A stretch of DNA of 64,000 nucleotides from Eledone cirrhosa (lineage: Eukaryota): contig CAXHJY010000001.1 of assembly GCA_964016885.1 (NCBI GenBank), positions 186,001-250,000 of the forward strand. Direction: 5' to 3'. Numbering within the stretch: the stretch's first letter is position 1; each line of letters opens with the position of its first letter. Under the pieces are notes generated by a model. That model made no database searches. It saw nothing but the letters and a program-made list of their open reading frames with translations, and was not told where the DNA came from. Below are positions 49,047-61,000 of the stretch, one piece after another. Made by a program: the position numbers and the translations under genes.

Positions 49047-52000
49047 TCACCCATGTCACACTATCATGTAACATATCCTCCACATTCATCACCCATGTCT
49101 CACTACCATAACATATTCTTCACATTCATCACCCATGTCTCACTACCATAACATAACCTCCACATTCATCACCCATGTCACACTACCATGTAACATATCC
49201 TCCACATTCATCACCCATGTCTCACTACCATAACATAACCTCCACATTCATCACCCATGTCACACTACCATGTAACATATCCTCCACATTCATCACCCAT
49301 GTCACACTACCATGTAACATATCCTCCACATTCATCACCCATGTCTCACTACCATAACATAACCTCCACATTCATCACCCATGTCACACTACCATAACAT
49401 ATCCTCCACATTCATCCCCCATGTCACACTACCATGTAACATATCCTCCACATTCATCACCCATGTCTCACTACCATGTAACATATCCTCCACATTAATG
49501 ACCCATGTCTCACTACCATAACATAGCCTCCACATTCATCACCATGTCTCACTACCATAACATAACCTCCACATTCATCACCCATGTCTCAATACCATAA
49601 CATATCCTTCACATTCATCAACCATGTATCACTACCATAACATAACCTCCACATTCATCACCCATGTCACACTACCATAACATATCTCCACATTCATCAC
49701 CCATGTAACATATCCTCCACATTCATCACCCATGTCTCACTACCATAACATAACCTCCACATTCATCACCCTTGTCACACTACCATAACATATCCTTCAC
49801 ATTCATCACCCATGTCACACTACCATGTAACATATCCTCCACATTCATCACCCATGTCTCACTACCATAACATAACCTCCACATTCATCACCCATGTCAC
49901 ACTACCGTGTAACATATCCTCCACATTCATCACCTATGTCACACTACCATGTAATATATCCTCCACATTCATCACCCATGTCACACTACCATGTAACATA
50001 TCCTCCACATTCATCACCCATGTCTCACTACCATAACATAACCTCCACATTCATCACCCATGTCACACTACCGTGTAAGATCTCCTCCACATTCATCACC
50101 TATGTCACACTACCATGTAATATATCCTCCACATTCATCACCCATGTCTCACTACCATGTAACATATCCTCCACATTCATCACCCATGTCACACTACCAT
50201 GTCACATAACCTCCACATTCATCACCCATGTCTCACTACCATAACATATCCTTCACATTCATCACCCATGTCTCACTACCATAACATAACCTCCACATTC
50301 ATCACCCATGTCACACTACCGTGTAAGATCTCCTCCACATTCATCACCTATGTCACACTACCATGTAATATATCCTCCACATTCGTCACCCATGTCTCAC
50401 TACCATAACATATCTCCACATTCATCATCCATGTCACACTACCATGTAACATATCCTCCACATTCATCACCCATGTCACACTACCATGTCACATAACCTC
50501 CACATTCATCACCCATGTCTCACTACCATAACATAACCTCCACATTCATCACCCATGTCACACTACCATAACATATCCTCCACATTCATCACCCATGTCA
50601 CACTACCATGTAACATATCCTCCACATTCATCACCCATGTCTCACTACCATAACATAACCTCCACATTCATCACCCATGTCACACTACCGTGTAACATAT
50701 CCTCCACATTCATCACCCATGTCACACTACTATGTAACATATCCTCCACATTCATCACCCATGTCTCACTACCATAACATAACCTCCACATTCATCACCC
50801 ATGTCACACTACCGTGTAACATATCCTCCACATTCATCACCTATGTCACACTACCATGTAATATATCCTCCACATTCATCACCCATGTCTCACTACCATG
50901 TAACATATCCTCCACATTCATCACCCATGTCACACTACCATGTAACATATCTACACATTCATCACCCATGTCACACTACCATATCACATAACCTCCACAT
51001 TCATCACCCATGTATCACTACCATGTAACATAACCTCTTCATTCATCACCCATGTCTCACTACCATAACATAACCTCCACATTCATGACCCATGTCTCAC
51101 TACCATGTAACATATCCTCCACATTCATCACCCATGTCTCACTACCATGTAACATAACCTCCACATTCATCACCCATGTCTCACTACCAGAACATATCCT
51201 CCACATTCATCACCCATGTCTCACTACCATAACATATCTCCACATTCATTATCCATGTCACACTACCATGTAACATATCCTCCACATTCATCACCTATGT
51301 CTCACTAACATGTAACATATCCTCCACATTCATCACCCATGTCACACTACTATGTAACATATCCTCCACATTCATCACCCATGTCTCACTAACATAACAT
51401 AACCTCCACATTCATCACCCATGTCACACTACCGTGTAACATATCCTCCACATTCATCACCTATGTCACACTACCATGTAATATATCCTCCACATTCATC
51501 ACCCATGTCTCACTACCATGTAACATATCCTCCACATTCGTCACCCATTTCTCACTACCATAACATATCTCCACATTCATCATACATGTCACACTACCAT
51601 GTAACATATACTCCACATTCATCACCCATGTCACACTACCATAACATATCTCCACATTCATCACCCATGTAACATATCCTCCACATTCATCAGCCTTGTC
51701 ACACTACCATAACATATCCTTCACATTCATCACCCATGTCACGCTACCATGTAACATATCCTCCACATTCATCACCCATGTCTCACTACCATAACATAAC
51801 CTCCACATTCATCACCCATGTCACACTACCGTGTAACATATCCTCCACATTCATCACCTATGTCACACTACCATGTAATATATCCTCCACATTCATCACC
51901 CATGTCACACTACCATGTAACATATCCTCCACATTCATCACCCATGTCTCACTACCATAACATAACCTCCACATTCATCACCTATGTCACACTACCATGT

Positions 52001-55000
52001 AATATATCCTCCACATACATCACCCATGTCTCACTACCATGTAACATATCCTCCACATTCATCACCCATGTCACACTACCATGTCACATAACCTCCACAT
52101 TCATCACCCATGTCTCACTACCATAACATATCCTTCACATTCATCACCCATGTCTCACTACCATAACATAACCTCCACATTCATCACCCATGTCACACTA
52201 CCATAACATATCTCCACATTCATCACCCATGTCACACTACCATGTAACATATCCTCCACATATATCACCCATGTCACACTACCATGTAACATATCCTCCA
52301 CATTCATCACCCATGTCTCACTACCATAACATAACCTCCACATTCATCACCCATGTCACACTACCATAACATATCCTCCACATTCATCACCCATGTCACA
52401 CTACCATGTAACATATCCTCCACATTCATCACCCATGTCTCACTACCATAACATAACCTCCACATTCATCACCCATGTCACACTTCCGTGTAACATATCC
52501 TCCAAATTCATCACCTATGTCACACTACCATGTAATATATCCTACACTTTCATCACCCATGTCTCACTACCATGTAACATATCCTCCACATTCGTCACCC
52601 ATGTCTCACTACCATAACATATCTCCACATTCATCATCCATGTCACACTACCATGTAACATATCCTCCACATTCATCACCCATGTCACATAACCTCCACA
52701 TTCATCACCCATGTCTCACTACCATAACATATCCTTCACATTCATCACCCATGTCTCACTACCATAACATAACCTCCACATTCATCACCCATGTCACACT
52801 ACCATGTAACATATCCTCCACATTCATCACCCATGTCTCACTACCATAACATAACCTCCACATTCATCACCCATGTCTCAATACCATAACATATCCTTCA
52901 CATTAATCAACCATGTATCACTACCATAACATAACCTCCACATTCATCACCCATGTCACACTACCATAACATATCTCCACATTCATCACCCATGTAACAT
53001 ATCCTCCACATTCATCACCCATGTCTCACTACCATAACATAACCTCCACATTCATCACCCTTGTCACACTACCATAACATATCCTTCACATTCATCACCC
53101 ATGTCACACTACCATGTAACATATCCTCCACATTCATCACCCATGTCTCACTACCATAACATAACCTCCACATTCATCACCCATGTCACACTACCGTGTA
53201 AGATCTCCTCCACATTCATCACCTATGTCACACTACCATGTAATATATCCTCCACATTCATCACCCATCTCTCACTACCATGTAACATATCCTCCACATT
53301 CATCACCCATGTCACACTACCATGTCACATAACCTCCACATTCATCACCCATGTCTCACTACCATAACATATCCTTCACATTCATCACCCATGTCTCACT
53401 ACCATAACATAACCTCCACATTCATCACCCATGTCACACTACCGTGTAAGATCTCCTCCACATTCATCACCTATGTCACACTACCATGTAATATATCCTC
53501 CACATTCGTCACCCATATCTCACTACCATAACATATCTCCACATTCATCATCCATGTCACACTACCATGTAACATATCCTCCACATTCATCACCCATGTC
53601 ACACTACCATGTCACATAACCTCCACATTCATCACCCATGTCTCACTACCATAACATATCCTTCACATTCATCACCCATGTCTCACTACCATAACATAAC
53701 CTCCACATTCATCACCCATGTCACACTACCGTGTAACATATCCTCCACATTCATCACCCATGTCACACTACTATGTAACATATCCTCCACATTCATCACC
53801 CATGTCTCACTACCATAACATAACCTCCACATTCATCACCCATGTCACACTACCGTGTAACATATCCTCCACATTCATCACCTATGTCACACTACCATGT
53901 AATATATCCTCCACATTCATCACCCATGTCTCACTACCATGTAACATATCCTCCACATTCATCACCCATGTCACCCTACCATGTAACATATCTACACATT
54001 CATCACCCATGTCACACTACCATATCACATAACCTCCACATTCATCACCCATGTATCACTACCATGTAACATAACCTCTTCATTCATCACCCATGTCTCA
54101 CTACCATAACATAACCTCCACATTCATGACCCATGTCTCACTACCATGTAACATATCCTCCACATTCATCACCCATGTCTCACTACCATGTAACATAACC
54201 TCCACATTCATCACCCATGTCTCACTACCATAACATAACCTCCACATTCATCACCCATGTCTCACTACCAGAACATATCCTCCACATTCATCACCCATGT
54301 CTCACTACCATAACATATCTCCACATTCATTATCCATGTCACACTATCATGTAACATATCCTCCACATTCATCACCCATGTCTCACTACCATAACATATC
54401 CTTCACATTCATCACTCATGTCTCACTACCATAACATAACCTCCACATTCATCACCCATGTCACACTACCATGTAACATATCCTCCACATTCATCACCCA
54501 TGTCTCACTACCATAACATAACCTCCACATTCATCACCCATGTCACACTACCATAACATATCCTCCACATTCATCACCCATGTCACACTACCATGTAACA
54601 TATCCTCCACATTCATCACCCATGTCTCACTACCATAACATAACCTCCACATTCATCACCCATGTCACACTACCGTGTAACATATCCTCCACATTCATCA
54701 CCTATGTCGCACTACCATGTAATATATCCTACACTTTCATCACCCATGTCTCACTACCATGTAACATATCCTCCACATTCGTCACCCATTTCTCACTACC
54801 ATAACATATCTCCACATTCATCATCCATGTCACACTACCATGTAACATATACTCCACATTCATCACCCATGTCACACTACCATAACATATCTCCACATTC
54901 ATCACCCATGTAACATATCCTCCACATTCATCACCCATGTCTCACTACCATAACATAACCTCCACATTCATCACCCTTGTCACACTACCATAACATATCC

Positions 55001-58000
55001 TTCACATTAATACCCATGTCACACTACCATGTAACATATCCTCCACATTCATCACCCATGTCTCACTACCATAACATAACCTCCACATTCATCACCCATG
55101 TCACACTACCGTGTAACATATCCTCCACATTCATCACCTATGTCACACTACCATGTAATATATCCTCCACATTCATCACCCATGTCACACTACCATGTAA
55201 CATATCCTCCACATTCATCACCCATGTCTCACTACCATAACATAACCTCCACATTCATCACCCATGTCACACTACCGTGTAAGATCTCCTCCACATTCAT
55301 CACCTATGTCACACTACCATGTAATATATCCTCCACATTCATCACCCATGTCTCACTACCATGTAACATATCCTCCACATTCATCACCCATGTCACACTA
55401 CCATGTCACATAACCTCCACATTCATCACCCATGTCTCACTACCATAACATATCCTCCACATTCATCACCCATGTCTCACTACCATAACATAACCTCCAC
55501 ATTCATCACCCATGTCACACTACCATAACATATCTCCACATTCATCACCCATGTCACACTACCATGTAACATATCCTCCACATATATCACCCATGTCACA
55601 CTACCATGTAACATATCCTCCACATTCATCACCCATGTCTCACTACCATAACATAACCTCCACATTCATCACCCATGTCACACTACCGTGTAACATATCC
55701 TCCAAATTCATCACCTATGTCACACTACCATGTAATATATCCTACACTTTCATCACCCATGTCTCACTACCATGTAACATATCCTCCACATTCGTCACCC
55801 ATATCTCACTACCATAACATATCTCCACATTCATCATCCATGTCACACTACCATGTAACATATCCTCCACATTCATCACCCATGTCACACTACCATGTCA
55901 CATAACCTCCACATTCATCACCCATGTCTCACTACCATAACATATCCTTCACATTCATCACCCATGTCTCACTACCATAACATAACCTCCACATTCATCA
56001 CCCATGTCACACTACCGTGTAACATATCCTCCACATTCATCACCTATGTCACACTACCATGTAATATATCCTCCACATTCATCACCCATGTCTCACTAAC
56101 ATGTAACATATCCTCCACATTCATCACCCATGTCACACTACTATGTAACATATCCTCCACATTCATCACCCATGTCTCACTAACATAACATAACCTCCAC
56201 ATTCATCACCCATGTCACACTACCGTGTAACATATCCTCCACATTCATCACCTATGTCACACTACCATGTAATATATCCTCCACATTCATCACCCATGTC
56301 TCACTACCATGTAACATATCCTCCACATTCATCACCCATGTCACACTACCATGTAACATATCTACACATTCATCACCCATGTCACATAACCTCCACATTC
56401 ATCACCCATGTCTCACTACCATGTAACATAACCTCTTCATTCATCACCCATGTCTCACTACCATAACATAACCTCCACATTCATGACCCATGTCTCACTA
56501 CCATGTAACATATCCTCCACATTCATCACCCATGTCTCACTACCATGTAACATAACCTCCACATTCATCACCCATGTCTCACTACCATAACATAACCTCC
56601 ACATTCATCACGCATGTCTCACTACCAGAACATATCCTCCACATTCGTCACCCATGTCACACTATCATGTAACATATCCTCCACATTCATCACCCATGTC
56701 TCACTACCATAACATATTCTTTACATTCATCACCCATGTCTCACTACCATAACATAACCTCCACATTCATCACCCATGTCACACTACCATGTAACATATC
56801 CTCCACATTCATCACCCATGTCTCACTACCATAACATAACCTCCACATTCATCACCCATGTCACACTACCATAAGATATCCTCCACATTCATCACCCATG
56901 TCACACTACCATGTAACATATCCTCCACATTCATCACCCATGTCACACTACCATGTAACATATCCTCCACATTCATCACCCATGTCTCACTACCATAACA
57001 TAACCTCCACATTCATCACCCATGTCACACTACCATAACATATCCTCCACATTCATCACCCATGTCACACTACCATGTAACATATCCTCCACATTCATCA
57101 CCCATGTCTCACTACCATGTAACATATCCTCCACATTAATGACCCATGTCTCACTACCATAACATAGCCTCCACATTCATCACCATGTCTCACTACCATA
57201 ACATAACCTCCACATTCATCACCCATGTCTCAATACCATAACATATCCTTCACATTCATCAACCATGTATCACTACCATAACATAACCTCCACATTCATC
57301 ACCCATGTCTCACTACCATAACATATCCTTCACATTCATCACCCATGTCTCACTACCATAACATAACCTCCACATTCATCACCCATGTCACACTACCATA
57401 ACATATCCTCCACATTCATCACCCATGTCACACTACCATGTAACATATCCTCCACATTCATCACCCATGTCTCACTACCATAACATAACCTCCACATTCA
57501 TCACCCATGTCACACTTCCGTGTAACATATCCTCCACATTCATCACCCATGTCACACTACTATGTAACATATCCTCCACATTCATCACCCATGTCTCACT
57601 ACCATAACATAACCTCCACATTCATCACCCATGTCACACTACCGTGTAACATATCCTCCACATTCATCACCTATGTCACACTACCATGTAATATATCCTC
57701 CACATTCATCACCCATGTCTCACTACCATGTAACATATCCTCCACATTCATCACCCATGTCACACTACCATGTAACATATCTACACATTCATCACCCATG
57801 TCACACTACCATATCACATAACCTCCACATTCATCACCCATGTATCACTACCATGTAACATAACCTCTTCATTCATCACCCATGTCTCACTACCATAACA
57901 TAACCTCCACATTCATGACCCATGTCTCACTACCATGTAACATATCCTCCACATTCATCACCCATGTCTCACTACCATGTAACATAACCTCCACATTCAT

Positions 58001-61000
58001 CACCCATGTCTCACTACCATAACATAACCTCCACATTCATCACCCATGTCTCACTACCAGAACATATCCTCCACATTCATCACCCATGTCTCACTACCAT
58101 AACATATCTCCACATTCATTATCCATGTCACACTACCATGTAACATATCCTCCACATTCATCACCTATGTCTCACTAACATGTAACATATCCTCCACATT
58201 CATCACCCATGTCACACTACTATGTAACATATCCTCCACATTCATCACCCATGTCTCACTAACATAACATAACCTCCACATTCATCACCCATGTCACACT
58301 ACCGTGTAACATATCCTCCACATTCATCACCTATGTCACACTACCTTGTAATATATCCTCCACATTCATCACCCATGTCTCACTACCATGTAACATATCC
58401 TCCACATTCGTCACCCATTTCTCACTACCATAACATATCTCCACATTCATCATACATGTCACACTACCATGTAACATATACTCCACATTCATCACCCATG
58501 TCACACTACCATAACATATCTCCACATTCATCACCCATGTAACATATCCTCCACATTCATCAGCCTTGTCACACTACCATAACATATCCTTCACATTCAT
58601 CACCCATGTCACGCTACCATGTAACATATCCTCCACATTCATCACCCATGTCTCACTACCATAACATAACCTCCACATTCATCACCCATGTCACACTACC
58701 GTGTAACATATCCTCCACATTCATCACCTATGTCACACTACCATGTAATATATCCTCCACATTCATCACCCATGTCACACTACCATGTAACATATCCTCC
58801 ACATTCATCACCCATGTCTCACTACCATAACATAACCTCCACATTCATCACCTATGTCACACTACCATGTAATATATCCTCCACATACATCACCCATGTC
58901 TCACTACCATGTAACATATCCTCCACATTCATCACCCATGTCACACTACCATGTCACATAACCTCCACATTCATCACCCATGTCTCACTACCATAACATA
59001 TCCTTCACATTCATCACCCATGTCTCACTACCATAACATAACCTCCACATTCATCACCCATGTCACACTACCATAACATATCTCCACATTCATCACCCAT
59101 GTCACACTACCATGTAACATATCCTCCACATATATCACCCATGTCACACTACCATGTAACATATCCTCCACATTCATCACCCATGTCTCACTACCATAAC
59201 ATAACCTCCACATTCATCACCCATGTCACACTACCATAACATATCCTCCACATTCATCACCCATGTCACACTACCATGTAACATATCCTCCACATTCATC
59301 ACCCATGTCTCACTACCATAACATAACCTCCACATTCATCACCCATGTCACACTTCCGTGTAACATATCCTCCAAATTCATCACCTATGTCACACTACCA
59401 TGTAATATATCCTACACTTTCATCACCCATGTCTCACTACCATGTAACATATCCTCCACATTCGTCACCCATGTATCACTACCATAACATATGTCCACAT
59501 TCATCATCCATGTCACACTACCATGTAACATATCCTCCACATTCATCACCCATGTCACATAACCTCCACATTCATCACCCATGTATCACTACCATAACAT
59601 ATCCTTCACATTCATCACCCATGTCTCACTACCATAACATAACCTCCACATTCATCACCCATGTCACACTACCATGTAACATATCCTCCACATTCATCAC
59701 CCATGTCTCACTACCATAACATAACCTCCACATTCATCACCCATGTCTCAATACCATAACATATCCTTCACATTAATCAACCATGTATCACTACCATAAC
59801 ATAACCTCCACATTCATCACCCATGTCACACTACCATAACATATCTCCACATTCATCACCCATGTAACATATCCTCCACATTCATCACCCATGTCTCACT
59901 ACCATAACATAACCTCCACATTCATCACCCTTGTCACACTACCATAACATATCCTTCACATTCATCACCCATGTCACACTACCATGTAACATATCCTCCA
60001 CATTCATCACCCATGTCTCACTACCATAACATAACCTCCACATTCATCACCCATGTCACACTACCGTGTAACATACCCTCCACATTCATCACCTATGTCA
60101 CACTACCATGTAATATATCCTCCACATTCATCACCCATGTCACACTACCATGTAACATATCCTCCACATTCATCACCCATGTCTCACTACCATAACATAA
60201 CCTCCACATTCATCACCCATGTCACACTACCGTGTAAGATCTCCTCCACATTCATCACCTATGTCACACTACCATGTAATATATCCTCCACATTCATCAC
60301 CCATCTCTCACTACCATGTAACATATCCTCCACATTCATCACCCATGTCACACTACCATGTCACATAACCTCCACATTCATCACCCATGTCTCACTACCA
60401 TAACATATCCTTCACATTCATCACCCATGTCTCACTACCATAACATAACCGCCACATTCATCACCCATGTCACACTACCGTGTAAGATCTCCTCCACATT
60501 CATCACCTATGTCACACTACCATGTAATATATCCTCCACATTCGTCACCCATATCTCACTACCATAACATATCTCCACATTCATCATCCATGTCACACTA
60601 CCATGTAACATATCCTCCACATTCATCACCCATGTCACACTACCATGTCACATAACCTCCACATTCATCACCCATGTCTCACTACCATAACATATCCTTC
60701 ACATTCATCACCCATGTCTCACTACCATAACATAACCTCCACATTCATCACCCATGTCACACTACCGTGTAACATATCCTCCACATTCATCACCCATGTC
60801 ACACTACTATGTAACATATCCTCCACATTCATCACCCATGTCTCACTACCATAACATAACCTCCACATTCATCACCCATGTCACACTACCGTGTAACATA
60901 TCCTCCACATTCATCACCTATGTCACACTACCATGTAATATATCCTCCACATTCATCACCCATGTCTCACTACCATGTAACATATCCTCCACATTCATCA